Source: Candidatus Moraniibacteriota bacterium
Lineage (GTDB): Bacteria > Patescibacteriota > Minisyncoccia > Moranbacterales > DUUL01
Reading direction: 5' to 3'
Length of the DNA stretch: 64,000 bases
Assembly (NCBI GenBank): GCA_027008775.1
Contig: JALVDV010000001.1
Location: forward strand, 3,889-67,888
Shown: piece after piece, positions 49,600 to 60,323 of the stretch
How positions within the stretch are numbered: position 1 is the first letter of the stretch
Layout: each line of letters begins with the position of its first letter
Program-made: the position numbers and the translations under genes
The notes under the pieces: model-generated
What the model saw: the letters and a program-made list of their open reading frames with translations, nothing else
What the model was told of the DNA's origin: nothing
Databases searched by the model: none

Positions 49600-49681
49600 C
49601 GAACGAAACGAAGTGAAGTGAGGAGACCGTAAGAAAGCCAACTGCTTGGCTTTCCTTGTTTACATTTTAAGTCCGGTATCT

Positions 49682-50767
49682 ATGTCCGTAGAAAAAAAGG
49701 CTCTAAAGTTGCTCAAAAAATACCAGCAGACCGTTAACAAACTTTTACTTGAGTATTTTAGGCAAGAGAAAAACAAAGCTAAAAAAACCGACTTGGTTGC
49801 CTGGCAATCGGTAAAGTCAATAGAAAAATTTGTCTTGGCCGGCGGAAAAAGGCTGCGCCCGGCCTTGTTGTACTATGCCTACCTAGCTTCCGGACGACGC
49901 AGCAGCTTGGCCATTAAAAAAGCCTCTCTTTCCATTGAATTGATACATTCCTTTCTTTTAATTCATGATGACATTATGGATCGTGACTACAAGAGACACG
50001 GCCAGGACACCATCCACGAAAAATATCGCAAATTAGCCCAAAAATATTTCCCCGACAAAGACCACGAACACTACGGACAATCACTGGCCATCGTTATTGG
50101 AGACCTCTGCTACACCTTGGGAAACAAAGTTCTTTTCCAAGCCGATTTTCCCGCCAAAACCATCCTGAAAGCTTTAACAAAATTACAAGATATTGTGTAC
50201 GAAGTGATCCCCGGGCAAATTAGAGATATTACATTGGAATTTAAAAGCAAGGTCTCCGAAAAAGAAATTTTACGCGTCCAGGAAGCTAAGACCGCTCACT
50301 ACACTTTTGCCGGTCCTATCCAAATGGGTTGCATCTTGGCCGGCAACAAAAACAAAACGATGCAAGAAAACTTTACCCGCTATTCACTGGCCGTCGGTAA
50401 AGCCTTTCAAATTCGCGATGATATTTTGGGTATTTTTGGCGAAGAAAAAAAACTGGGCAAACCGGTCGGCTCAGACATCAGCGAGGGTAAACAAACTCTA
50501 TTGGTAAATTATGTTCTAAAAAAAGGCACTCCCCACCAAAAAAGAATTATTAACGGCCTCCTTGGTAAAGAAAAAATTTCTCAGACAGACCTCAACATTT
50601 TTCGCCAAATAATAAAAGAAAGCGGTTCCCTTGATTATTCCCTGCATAAAGGAGAAGAACTTGTTAAAGAAGCTCTTTCCGCTTTGGAGCAAATAAAATT
50701 TCACAACCAAGAAGCCAAAATCTTCTTTAGCGGAATTGCTCATTACATCATCAAGAGAGAGATTTAG
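49682..50767 (+). CDS. Polyprenyl diphosphate synthase (IspA/IdsA-like; ATG 49682)
   Basis: GGKRLRP, LIHDDIMD, FQIRDDIL, GK..GSDI.EGK.T. Confidence 0.93.
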   Translation: MSVEKKALKLLKKYQQTVNKLLLEYFRQEKNKAKKTDLVAWQSVKSIEKFVLAGGKRLRPALLYYAYLASGRRSSLAIKKASLSIELIHSFLLIHDDIMDRDYKRHGQDTIHEKYRKLAQKYFPDKDHEHYGQSLAIVIGDLCYTLGNKVLFQADFPAKTILKALTKLQDIVYEVIPGQIRDITLEFKSKVSEKEILRVQEAKTAHYTFAGPIQMGCILAGNKNKTMQENFTRYSLAVGKAFQIRDDILGIFGEEKKLGKPVGSDISEGKQTLLVNYVLKKGTPHQKRIINGLLGKEKISQTDLNIFRQIIKESGSLDYSLHKGEELVKEALSALEQIKFHNQEAKIFFSGIAHYIIKREI

Positions 50768-50802
50768 TAAAAAAATAACTAAAAATTTTAAACTCAGTAA
50801 AA

Positions 50803-51516
50803 ATGAAAGATAACATTCCCGAACATATCGCCATTATTCCCGACGGCAACCGACGTTGGGCTAAAGAAAAACAACTACAGCCCTGGGAAGGTCATTATGA
50901 GGGAGCTAAACGATTTGAAGAAATCCTCAACACCGCCTTTCAAGCCGGGGTTAAGAATGTAACTTTTTGGGGGTCGTCAGCGGACAATTTAAAAAAACGC
51001 CCTTGGCGAGAAAAAAAAGCCTTGTTGGAAATTTATGAAAAATATTTCCAGAAATTACTCAAAAGCAAAAAAATTTTTCAAGAAAAAATTAAAATAAACA
51101 TCGTTGGACGTTGGGAAGAACAATTGCCTGGCAAATTAGTCAGACTGTTAAAAAGGGGGATACAGGAAACCAAAAATCACCGCAATTTTAATCTAAATTT
51201 TTTGTTAGCCTACAATGGCGATGACGATATTTTGATGGCTGTCAAAAATATAGCTAGAAAAATCAAAAAGGGCGGTCTCAAAATCACCAAAAAAACCATT
51301 GCCGAGCATCTTCTCAGCCAACCGGTCAAAGAAGTTGACCTGGTGATTCGCACCGGCATAGAAGGCGACCCGCACAATAGCGCCGGCTTCTTAATGTGGC
51401 AAACACAAAACTCACAGCTTTATTTCACCGAAACCAAATTCCCCGACTTCGGCGCCAAAGAGCTAAAAAAAGCCATTCATGATTTTGCCCGCCGACAACG
51501 ACGCCTCGGTCGCTGA
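50803..51516 (+). CDS. uppS: Undecaprenyl diphosphate synthase (cis-prenyltransferase)
   Basis: HIAIIPDGNRRWA, DLVIRTG, F..WQ, FPDF, RR.G. Confidence 0.93.
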   Translation: MKDNIPEHIAIIPDGNRRWAKEKQLQPWEGHYEGAKRFEEILNTAFQAGVKNVTFWGSSADNLKKRPWREKKALLEIYEKYFQKLLKSKKIFQEKIKINIVGRWEEQLPGKLVRLLKRGIQETKNHRNFNLNFLLAYNGDDDILMAVKNIARKIKKGGLKITKKTIAEHLLSQPVKEVDLVIRTGIEGDPHNSAGFLMWQTQNSQLYFTETKFPDFGAKELKKAIHDFARRQRRLGR

Positions 51517-51536
51517 TTAAATTAAAAGATAAAAAA

Positions 51537-52406
51537 ATGTTGAAATTCAGTTATAAAAATGGCGCCATAATTCCTTCCCGGGAATTAAAAATAGAAGTTA
51601 ACGATTTGGGATTCACTCGCGGTTACGGTATTTTTGATGTTTTCAAAACAGTGGGCGGACATCCATTTCTATTGAAAGAGCATTTTCAACGATTAAGAAA
51701 ATCAAGTCGTCTTTTAGACTTAAGGCTACCTTTTGATTTGCCCGTCTTCAACCAAACCGTCCAAACCTTACTTAAAAAAAACAACATTACGCCCGCCGAA
51801 GTTAAAAAGGGCAACAGCCGGGATGTCTATATAAAAACAATAGTCACCGGAGGTCCTTCCGCCGACGGTCTCTCAATCAATTCACAACCGACAGTTATTA
51901 TTTTTTTAGGGCACTTGAATAAAGTTGCCCCCGCACCAAAATTTTTTCAAAAAGGGGCCAAAATTATTACTGTGGAGTTCCAAAGATTCTTACCGGACAT
52001 CAAAACGCTTAATTACATCACTGCCGTTAAAAATCAAAACAAAAAGAAGGAGGCGGGAGCAGTGGAAATTTTATATCATCATCAGGGGAAAATATTGGAA
52101 GGAGCCACCAGTAATATCTTTCTGGTAAAAAATGGAGAGCTGATTACTCCGGCTGAAGATATTTTGCCCGGCACAACTCGCAACTTTCTCCTTCATCTTT
52201 GCCGTCAAAACAATTTACCGGTGACCAAACGAACTGTTTCTTTATCTGAATTATTATCCGCAGAAGAGGTTTTCTTAACCGGAACATTTAAAGATGTTTT
52301 ACCAATCATTCAAGTAGACAACCGAAAAATCGCCACTGGCAAGGTTGGTCCTGTGACCAAAAAATGCCAACAACTTTTTCAAGAAGCTTTGGAAATATTC
52401 AGATAA
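51537..52406 (+). CDS. Aminotransferase class IV (IlvE/Dat/PabC-like)
   Basis: D.GF.RGYG.F, H..RL, IKTLNY, EG.TSNIF, LPGTTR, EVFLTGT. Confidence 0.9.
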   Translation: MLKFSYKNGAIIPSRELKIEVNDLGFTRGYGIFDVFKTVGGHPFLLKEHFQRLRKSSRLLDLRLPFDLPVFNQTVQTLLKKNNITPAEVKKGNSRDVYIKTIVTGGPSADGLSINSQPTVIIFLGHLNKVAPAPKFFQKGAKIITVEFQRFLPDIKTLNYITAVKNQNKKKEAGAVEILYHHQGKILEGATSNIFLVKNGELITPAEDILPGTTRNFLLHLCRQNNLPVTKRTVSLSELLSAEEVFLTGTFKDVLPIIQVDNRKIATGKVGPVTKKCQQLFQEALEIFR

Positions 52407-52483
52407 CTTCAAGCGAGTTTCAAAATTTTTTTAATTTACAGTTATCCATTTAGATAACAAACCTAAAAACTAAAATTCAAGAA

Positions 52484-53230
52484 ATGTTTTTCTTTAGAAA
52501 AAAGAAAAAAAGAGCTGCCAATCAAAACAAATTCTCCAAAGAAAATAAGTCGCCCTTGGCCATCTTTGATGTGGACGGCACCATTTTTCGCAAAAACTTG
52601 CACTTTGAGTTGATTAACCAATTGGTTTTAATGGGTGTTTTTCCCGAAGAAGTCAGACATATTTTGGTTAAACTCTATTCGCGCTGGCTGGAGCACGAAG
52701 GCACCTATCAAGAATATCGCGACGCCCTAATTTCCCTCTACAACAAAAATATCCGAGGCGTTTCCGCGGAGACCGTTAAAGTAGCCAGTAAAAAAATGGT
52801 GGCTTTCCACAAAAAACGAACTTATATTTTTGCCGAACGACTAATTAAATATCTCGAAGAAAAAGGTTACCATATTATTGCCATCTCCGGCTCTCCCCAA
52901 GAAGCGGTTCTTGAGTACAACCGACAACACCTGCATTTTAATGAAGTCTTTGGTACTGTTTACGAAATAAAAAACGGTCGTTATACCGGAAAAGAAAAGG
53001 AAGCCCCGGTGTTAGACAAAGCTCGTTTTCTGCAAGAATTCACGCGCAAACACGGTTTCAGTTTAAAAAATTCCTACGGTATCGGTGACACCCAAAACGA
53101 CGCCGGCTTATTGAAACTGGTTCAAAATCCAATCGCTTTTAATCCCGACGCTGAATTAAAAAGTATTGCTGAAGTTAAGGGTTGGAAAATTAAAGTGGAG
53201 AGAAAAGATGTTGTTTACGATATTGTTTAA
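52484..53230 (+). CDS. HAD-IB family hydrolase (SerB-like)
   Basis: FDVDGT, ISGS, GDT.ND, NPD..L. Confidence 0.9.
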   Translation: MFFFRKKKKRAANQNKFSKENKSPLAIFDVDGTIFRKNLHFELINQLVLMGVFPEEVRHILVKLYSRWLEHEGTYQEYRDALISLYNKNIRGVSAETVKVASKKMVAFHKKRTYIFAERLIKYLEEKGYHIIAISGSPQEAVLEYNRQHLHFNEVFGTVYEIKNGRYTGKEKEAPVLDKARFLQEFTRKHGFSLKNSYGIGDTQNDAGLLKLVQNPIAFNPDAELKSIAEVKGWKIKVERKDVVYDIV

Positions 53231-53282
53231 GAACAAAATATAAAAGGATAAATGAGGAAGGCGATCTGCCGGAAAACAAAAA

Positions 53283-53314
53283 CCGGATACAACTCACATT
53301 TGAATTGTATCCGG
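53283..53314. terminator. Hairpin between convergent genes
   Basis: CCGGATACAA-loop-TTGTATCCGG. Confidence 0.55.
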
Positions 53315-53336
53315 ACAATGATTCAGAGAAAATGGG

Positions 53337-53726
53337 CTATTTTTCAAAACGTATAGCCCTTAAAACAACTCCCCCTCCCTTGGGGGAGCGATAAAAATCA
53401 ATTTTAAACCCCTGGCTTCTTTCGATGAGCCAGATAGGACTTCGCCGGCTAACGTTGGCATCGCCGGCCGGGATCTCCAAAAATTGTTCTCCGGCCGAAC
53501 CGGGAATATTATATCGGAGAACGCCTCGACCGGAAATAATCCGAGGACCGGCCGTGTTATCCACGACCAACTCAAAACTGCCTAAGCTTATTTTAGTGGT
53601 CCTACCCACAGGCGTGAACCACTCTTTTGCTAGTTGCCGAGAACATTCACAATTGTCCTCGGCTAAAGAAATTCCGCAAAAAAAACAAAAAACCACCAAT
53701 CCAAAAAACACAACAAAACTTTTCAT
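53337..53726 (-). CDS. Secreted hypothetical protein
   Basis: Signal peptide (..ISLA/ED), AAGGAGG RBS, own promoter TTGACA-16-TATACT on the minus strand at 53820-53793. Confidence 0.7.
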   Translation of the reverse strand: MKSFVVFFGLVVFCFFCGISLAEDNCECSRQLAKEWFTPVGRTTKISLGSFELVVDNTAGPRIISGRGVLRYNIPGSAGEQFLEIPAGDANVSRRSPIWLIERSQGFKIDFYRSPKGGGVVLRAIRFEK

Positions 53727-54152
53727 TATAATCCCTCCTTTATTTTAATGATATTTTTAACAAAATGTACTCGGTTCAAAACCGTTCCGCTCAGTATAGG
53801 GCAAGAATAAAATTTGTCAAGAAAATGTATAGTTAACACCTAGAGGTAACACTTTGGTATTTGTTGAATCAATATTTGCCGAGAGCAATCAAAATTGTAA
53901 TTCCAACAATAAACTATAAGTCTAAACAACAAACTACCAGTCAACTGGGTAAGTTACATCTCGGTCGGTAACCAAAGCTTCTAACATCTCTCCCTTGGAA
54001 ATTGCATTTAAATGAATAATAAGGAGAATAAGCTTATTTTCGTTTTCATCTCCACTCTCATTTTTTTGTCTTTATCTCTATTTCATTCCCATCTCTATTT
54101 TCGACCCCATCTCCATTTTACTTTCACAATCTTCTTTATGATATGGTGATGC

Positions 54153-54180
54153 ATTATGATATTATTGATAATATCATAAT
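54153..54180. repeat. 28-bp inverted repeat (13-2-13)
   Basis: ATTATGATATTAT-TG-ATAATATCATAAT. Confidence 0.75.
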
Positions 54181-54625
54181 ACATTACTGTTATCAGGGTT
54201 GAGAAAAGGAGAACACGTTCTTCCTTTTGGCTTGAAAAGAAGCTCTAAAGATGAGAGTTGCCTTGGTGATTTATTGCGACAATAAATGGTCAATCTTTAT
54301 CCAAATTTTTGAAGTAAAAAGTTGAAATTTTCAGCTATCTTTCTGCAAGAAATATTTTTATCTTTGGATTAGAGGTTAGCAGAGAATATCTTTTTTGTTT
54401 GACTTTTCAACCGAGCTCCAACTTCCCCGTTTGGCGCAGAATCTTCGTGGAACTATCCGGAATCTGTTTTATCTTGCCGGGAGAAGTTGGCACTGTCGCG
54501 CTTCTTTTCTATTACCTAAATTTCCCGCCTCCGACCAGTTTTCGTCTTTTTCAATTTTTGCCATTTTCCGGAAAGGTGTTATAATAAAGCAACAATTCAT
54601 AATTTAATTTAATAAAAAAATAAAA

Positions 54626-57232
54626 ATGAATTTAGAAAAATTTACCACCAAATCTCAGGAGGCCATTCAGGAAGCCCAACAAGAGGCAATCAAGCGCCAA
54701 CACCAACAAATAGAAGTTTGGCACTTGCTCTTAGCTTTAATTAAACAAGATGGTTCCATCGTACCAACTATTTTAAACAAGTTGGAAATCGACACCACTT
54801 CATTGGAAAACAAAATAGAAGAACATTTAAGCAAACTCCCTCGTCTCACCGGGCAAGTTGACAGTAGTCAGGTTTACGCCAGTCCGGCAGTCGGACAAGT
54901 TTTGGAAGGCGCTTTTCAAGAGGCGCAAAAAATGGGTGACGACTATGTTTCCACCGAACACATTTTTCTCAGCCTACTCAAAAACAATCCCGAGATCAAA
55001 CAGCTTTTCACCGAACAAGGTATCACCGAAGAAAAGGTAAAAGAAGTTTTGGAAAGTGTTAGGGGTGGACAGAAAGCCGACTCGCCCGATCCGGAAGGAA
55101 AATACCAAGTCATTGAAAAATATACTGTTAATCTGACAGAGGAAGCCAGAAAGGGCGAGATGGATCCCATTATCGGACGCGATGATGAAATCAGACGGGT
55201 TATTCAAATACTTTCTCGTCGAACAAAAAATAATCCCGTTTTAATCGGAGAACCGGGCACCGGTAAAACCGCCATTGTGGAAGGCTTGGCCCAAAGAATC
55301 GTTAACAACGATGTTCCGGAGAATTTGAAAGACAAAGAAATCATCGTAGTGGATATGGGCTCCCTCTTGGCCGGAGCCAAATATCGTGGTGAATTTGAGG
55401 ACCGCCTTAAAGCATTGATAAATGAGATAGAGAAATCAAATGGCCACTACATCCCTTTTATTGATGAATTGCACACCCTAGTAGGCGCCGGCGCCGGCGA
55501 AGGACAAGCAGACGCCTCCAATATGCTTAAACCGGCCTTGGCTCGGGGCAAACTGAAAATGATTGGCGCCACCACTCTCAAAGAATATCAAAAATACATT
55601 GAAAAGGACGCTGCCTTGGAACGAAGATTTCAACCGGTTTATGTTGACGAACCCAGTGAGGAAGATACATTGGCCATTCTGCGAGGAATTAAGGAAAAAT
55701 ACGAACTGCACCACGGGGTCAGAATTACCGATGAAGCCGTCAAAGCAGCCGTTAAACTTTCCACTCGCTATATCCCGGAAAGATTCTTGCCGGACAAGGC
55801 CATTGACTTATTGGATGAAGCCACTTCCGCTCTGCGTATGGAAATAGAATCCAAGCCAACGGAAATTGATCGTCTGGAAAGAGAGCTGACCAAATTGGAA
55901 ATAGAAGAAAAAGCTTTGAAAAGAGAAAAAGGCGACCAAGCCAAAAAACGACTGGAAGAAATAAAAAAAGCCAAAGCCCAAATCAAGGAAAAATTAAAAG
56001 CCATCAAACTGCGCTGGCAATCGGAAAAGGAATTGATTGACAAGATTAAAGAAGACAAAAAGAAAATTGATGAGCTCAGAACTAAAGCTGAACAACTAGA
56101 AAGAGAAGGGCGATTGGATAAAGTAGCCGAAATCAGATACGGACAAATTCCTCAAATAAAGCAAGAAATTGAAGAAACCCAGAAAAAACTAAATGAACTG
56201 CAAAAGAAAAGTGGAGCCATTCTTAAAGAAGAAGTCACCGCCGAAGATGTGGCCAAAGTCGTTTCCCGTTGGACCGGAATTCCGGTGGATAAAATGCTGG
56301 AAACGGAAAGCGAAAAACTGGCTCATATGGAAGAAGCTCTTTCCCAGAGAATCGTTGGACAAAAAGAAGCCATTAAAGCAGTGGCCAATGCTCTCCGACG
56401 CAACCGCGCCGGCCTCACCGAGGAAAACAGACCGATAGGCTCCTTTATGTTCCTGGGACCAACCGGAGTTGGTAAAACGGAACTGGCTAAAAGTTTGGCC
56501 GAGTTTCTCTTTGACGATGAAAATGCGCTCATTCGCGTAGATATGAGTGAATACATGGAATCACACAGCGTGGCTAAGTTTATCGGCTCTCCTCCCGGTT
56601 ACGTTGGGCACGAAGAAGGAGGACAATTAACGGAGAAAATCAGACGACGGCCTTACAGTGTTATCCTTTTTGACGAAATAGAAAAAGCTCACCCGGAAGT
56701 TTTCAATATCCTCCTGCAAATCTTGGACGATGGACGATTAACCGACGCCAAAGGAAGGTTGGTTAATTTCAAGAATACGATTATTATTATGACTTCCAAT
56801 CTGGGTAGTGATATTATCATTGAAGAATTCAACAAAGCCCGCAAAGAAAAGAAAAAGGTGGATATGAAAAAATTAAAAGAAAAAGTATTGGAAGTTCTTA
56901 AAGCCAGATTCAGACCGGAATTCCTCAACCGTTTTGATGAAATTATTGTTTTTGAGGCTCTCAGTCAAGAAGACATCGCTAAAATTATTGACTTGCAAAT
57001 TCAGAAAATAAATAATCGCCTCAAAGAAAAGAATATTTCCCTCAGACTAACCGATAAAGCCAAGAAATTCTTGGCCGAAAAGGGCTACGACCCGGCCTAT
57101 GGCGCTCGTCCTCTGAAAAGAGCTATTCAGAAATACGTTCTGGATAAACTGGCGCTTCTGATGATAGAAGGCAAAATAAAATCCGGAGAAGTGGTCGTTG
57201 ATGTTAAGAATGGTAAAATAATCTTTAAGTAA
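54626..57232 (+). CDS. clpB: Chaperone ClpB
   Basis: Two AAA modules ([16 protein letters not shown]), coiled-coil M domain, [15 protein letters not shown]. Confidence 0.98.
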   Translation: MNLEKFTTKSQEAIQEAQQEAIKRQHQQIEVWHLLLALIKQDGSIVPTILNKLEIDTTSLENKIEEHLSKLPRLTGQVDSSQVYASPAVGQVLEGAFQEAQKMGDDYVSTEHIFLSLLKNNPEIKQLFTEQGITEEKVKEVLESVRGGQKADSPDPEGKYQVIEKYTVNLTEEARKGEMDPIIGRDDEIRRVIQILSRRTKNNPVLIGEPGTGKTAIVEGLAQRIVNNDVPENLKDKEIIVVDMGSLLAGAKYRGEFEDRLKALINEIEKSNGHYIPFIDELHTLVGAGAGEGQADASNMLKPALARGKLKMIGATTLKEYQKYIEKDAALERRFQPVYVDEPSEEDTLAILRGIKEKYELHHGVRITDEAVKAAVKLSTRYIPERFLPDKAIDLLDEATSALRMEIESKPTEIDRLERELTKLEIEEKALKREKGDQAKKRLEEIKKAKAQIKEKLKAIKLRWQSEKELIDKIKEDKKKIDELRTKAEQLEREGRLDKVAEIRYGQIPQIKQEIEETQKKLNELQKKSGAILKEEVTAEDVAKVVSRWTGIPVDKMLETESEKLAHMEEALSQRIVGQKEAIKAVANALRRNRAGLTEENRPIGSFMFLGPTGVGKTELAKSLAEFLFDDENALIRVDMSEYMESHSVAKFIGSPPGYVGHEEGGQLTEKIRRRPYSVILFDEIEKAHPEVFNILLQILDDGRLTDAKGRLVNFKNTIIIMTSNLGSDIIIEEFNKARKEKKKVDMKKLKEKVLEVLKARFRPEFLNRFDEIIVFEALSQEDIAKIIDLQIQKINNRLKEKNISLRLTDKAKKFLAEKGYDPAYGARPLKRAIQKYVLDKLALLMIEGKIKSGEVVVDVKNGKIIFK

Positions 57233-57247
57233 CAGTCAGCAAAATAA

Positions 57248-57775
57248 ATGGAAAGACTACTGGATATTTACAACGAAAACAATCTGCCCTTGGGAAAGGT
57301 TGAGTTTGAAAGCGTTGTTTATCGCCACGGCTTATGGCATCGTACTGTTCTGGTGGTCATCCACACTCCGGCAGGGGAGGTTTTGGAAATAAAAACCTCC
57401 CCCAAGAAGACAAGAAATGGGCTACCAGATAGATTTACTCAAACTTGCCAACTAGGCTTGTTTAGCTTTGTGGAAAGAGGGAAAAAAGAAAGGGAAACAG
57501 CTTGCAAAATGCTTGAACAAATTCTACAGAAAACTCCGGATGAAAATGAACTCCGTCCTTGGTTGGTAAAAATTATAGAAGAAAATCAAGACTGGGAGAA
57601 AAAACGAGAGTTTCGCTACATTTATTTTTTTCAAACAGAAAAAGATAATCTCCCGGACAACTGTGGCAATTTTATTCCCATTAACCAAGCCAAAAATTTG
57701 TTTCAAAAATATTCCAAAAACCTGGGAGAAAATGAGGATTTTTGGCTGGACATTCTAAATGAATTGTCAAATTAA
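57248..57775 (+). CDS. Degenerate NUDIX / IPP isomerase type I-like protein
   Basis: E.LDIYNE...G......H..GLWHRTV N-terminus; Nudix box degenerate. Confidence 0.55.
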   Translation: MERLLDIYNENNLPLGKVEFESVVYRHGLWHRTVLVVIHTPAGEVLEIKTSPKKTRNGLPDRFTQTCQLGLFSFVERGKKERETACKMLEQILQKTPDENELRPWLVKIIEENQDWEKKREFRYIYFFQTEKDNLPDNCGNFIPINQAKNLFQKYSKNLGENEDFWLDILNELSN

Positions 57776-57815
57776 GAAATAAAAGATTAAGAAATAAAAG
57801 TGGTGACACGAAAAA

Positions 57816-58646
57816 ATGTTTTTCAATCTTAGAGCATTTTTGGCCAGTTGGATATTTGCCGGCGCTCTGATTCTTTTCTCCCGCCAAGAAGATTATTATT
57901 TTTACGTTCTGTTATTTTTGTTTCTTTTCAATCTGCTTTTAATCTGGCCTCTGGCCGGACGGCTGAGATTCTTAGCTATTCCTTTCTTTCTCAGTATTGG
58001 TTCCCTTAATCTTCTTTACCTGATTGATGGCTGGGAAAAAAGAATTTTATTCACCGCTCTGGCCACCTTCATTTATTATCTGTCCCTTCTGGGCGCCAAT
58101 CGTTTAAAAAAATATGACTGCGATCAAACCGCCCAGAGTATGATAAACCTGGCCACTATCGTTACTGTCTTTTTTTGGTTTACATCCAACTACGGTTGGT
58201 ATTTGAACTTCAGTATAGACAGTTGGGTGTTGGTCATCACCACCATTGCCTCCACTTTTCTGATTATTTTTCCTTCCCTGACCATTTGCTTTATTTCCTG
58301 TTATAAGGTGCATTACCGCCAATCTCAAAAAGGGGAGGGCAAGAGAGATAAACTTGCTTTTTTGTTAGCTTTTAGAAAACAACTGCAGGTACAACGTTTG
58401 GCCTTGTTCTTTAGTTTTTTAATTGCCTTCGTCGTTAGCGAAATAATTTGGGGCTTGTCTTTCTGGCCTTTCGGTTATCTAACCACCGGCATGACAGCCG
58501 TTATAATTCTTTTTGTTTTCTGGAGTATCGTCAGGCGTTTTATTCAACGAAAATTGACTAAACGCTTCGTTGTTGTTAATATAATAACCATGCTTATCCT
58601 CATAATTCTGTTAATCGGCACCTCTCCTTGGCAAATAATAGAGTAA
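57816..58646 (+). CDS. Polytopic membrane protein, function unknown
   Basis: About 9 TM segments, E..W.L.FWP motif. Confidence 0.7.
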   Translation: MFFNLRAFLASWIFAGALILFSRQEDYYFYVLLFLFLFNLLLIWPLAGRLRFLAIPFFLSIGSLNLLYLIDGWEKRILFTALATFIYYLSLLGANRLKKYDCDQTAQSMINLATIVTVFFWFTSNYGWYLNFSIDSWVLVITTIASTFLIIFPSLTICFISCYKVHYRQSQKGEGKRDKLAFLLAFRKQLQVQRLALFFSFLIAFVVSEIIWGLSFWPFGYLTTGMTAVIILFVFWSIVRRFIQRKLTKRFVVVNIITMLILIILLIGTSPWQIIE

Positions 58647-58655
58647 TAAAATCAA

Positions 58656-59768
58656 ATGTTTAAAAAGGTATTGTTTTCCATTTTTTATTTGCTTTTATTT
58701 TTTTCAGTTGCGGTTTTTTCGCATTTTTTCATAATTCCCAAATTAAACCAGTATCCCTTTTTTCTAAAGCACGAACTGCAAAATAACAAAAACCCTCAAA
58801 ACATTATCATCAAAAAAACTGAGCATATCCAGGTCAAGGAAAATTTTTCCATCCAAAAAACAGCTGAAAAAGTTTTGCCTGCCTTGGTAAAGGTCTATTT
58901 TATTTTGCCAAGCAGAAATAAAACTTTATACAATAAACACAAATTGGTTTATTCCGGCTTGATAGTTTCCGGCGATGGAGCCATTGTAACAGCCTTGCCA
59001 CCGGAAAAATTTAGCAAGGCTAAAATAAAAATAATTCTCAGGGACGGTCGAGAGTTTATCCCCACAAAAATCAGCCCTGACAATTACAATGAGCTTCTAT
59101 TCCTGAAAATCAAAGCCGACAATCTGCCGGTGGCCCCTTTCGGCGATTCAGACAAATTGGAAGAGGGGGAAAAAGTTGTTTTGGCCGGTTACCGTCCGCC
59201 TAATATTAATCTTGCTTTAAGAGTCATCACCGAATTTGACCATTCTTTTAACAAAAACAACTTGGAATTTTTATTCTCCGACAAAAACGCCGACGCCCTG
59301 GTTCTAGACGAAAAATTACCCGGAAACTTTCAAGGAAGCGCCGGTATTGATTTTCAAGGAAACCTTGTCGGCTTAGTCAAAGGCAACTCGGAACGCTCCT
59401 TCTTGATTCCTCTGCAAAATATCAAAAATAAACTGGCAGACATATTTAAAGAAGGAGAAAAGTCTTTCCAACTGGGAGTTTACTACCTGAATATTTTTCC
59501 CGAGTTGCAAAAAACGGATTCTCTACCAGTAGCAAATGGCGCTTTAATTTATGAACCATCGGGGAAAACCGGCCTGGCTATTCTGGCAAATTCCGTCGGA
59601 CGAAAAATCGGGCTTCACCTTAATGACATTATTCTGGAAGTTAATGGAGAAAAAATTACTTATGAAAACAACCTCTCCCAGGTACTTTCCCGTCATCATG
59701 CCGGAGAAAAATTGCTCTTTAAAGTCCTGAGAAATAACAAAATTATTACTCTCACAAACAAAGAATAA
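58656..59768 (+). CDS. HtrA/S1C-like protease-fold protein with PDZ, probably catalytically inactive
   Basis: SGLIVSGDGAIVT, LKI...NLPV..FGDSD.L..GE.V, PDZ; His and GNSGG motifs not seen. Confidence 0.75.
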   Translation: MFKKVLFSIFYLLLFFSVAVFSHFFIIPKLNQYPFFLKHELQNNKNPQNIIIKKTEHIQVKENFSIQKTAEKVLPALVKVYFILPSRNKTLYNKHKLVYSGLIVSGDGAIVTALPPEKFSKAKIKIILRDGREFIPTKISPDNYNELLFLKIKADNLPVAPFGDSDKLEEGEKVVLAGYRPPNINLALRVITEFDHSFNKNNLEFLFSDKNADALVLDEKLPGNFQGSAGIDFQGNLVGLVKGNSERSFLIPLQNIKNKLADIFKEGEKSFQLGVYYLNIFPELQKTDSLPVANGALIYEPSGKTGLAILANSVGRKIGLHLNDIILEVNGEKITYENNLSQVLSRHHAGEKLLFKVLRNNKIITLTNKE

Positions 59769-59864
59769 ACAAGATTTTTTGAATTTTTTCAGAATTATGC
59801 TATAATCAAAACCACGTGGAAAAATTCCTCGTGAAATAAACTCAATAATAATTATCATAAAAAA

Positions 59865-60182
59865 ATGCCTATTGAACTAACCGATGCTAATTTCACGGAA
59901 GAAGTAATTAATGAAAAAGAAAAACCGGTCTTGGTTGATTTTTGGGCTCCCTGGTGCGGACCCTGCCAAATGATGGGACCGATTATTGAAGAAGTGGCCA
60001 AAGAGGCCGGAGACTTTGCCAAGGTTGGAAAATTAAATGTGGATGAAAACCCCAACACGGCCGGACAATACGGCATTATGTCTATTCCAACTTTGATTAT
60101 TTTCAAAAACGGACAACCGGCCAAACAGTTGGTGGGAGTTCAATCCAAGGAAGCTTTATTGGCCGAACTGAAAAACGTTTAG
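59865..60182 (+). CDS. trxA: Thioredoxin
   Basis: [15 protein letters not shown]. Confidence 0.97.
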   Translation: MPIELTDANFTEEVINEKEKPVLVDFWAPWCGPCQMMGPIIEEVAKEAGDFAKVGKLNVDENPNTAGQYGIMSIPTLIIFKNGQPAKQLVGVQSKEALLAELKNV

Positions 60183-60203
60183 TTATCCGCCAAGTAAAAC
60201 TTT

Positions 60204-60239
60204 ATAAAACCATTCTCATTGTCTTTAGAATGGTTTTAT
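60204..60239 (+). terminator. Intrinsic terminator after trxA
   Basis: ATAAAACCATTCT-loop-AGAATGGTTTTAT. Confidence 0.65.
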
Positions 60240-60323
60240 TATATTTCAGTAATTCCTTAGAACCACCTTATTTCATCAAGCCTAAAAGTTTGTTGACAAA
60301 TATCACTCTAACATTTAAAAACG

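Noticed and set aside
54395-54607. Short ORFs upstream of clpB
   Set aside because: TTG starts, no RBS or motif; probably non-coding promoter region
57771-57800. Tandem 15-bp duplication ATTAAGAAATAAAAG x2 (similar ATTAAAAGATAAT x2 before atpD)
   Set aside because: Most simply slippage duplications in A-rich spacers, with no partner or cargo
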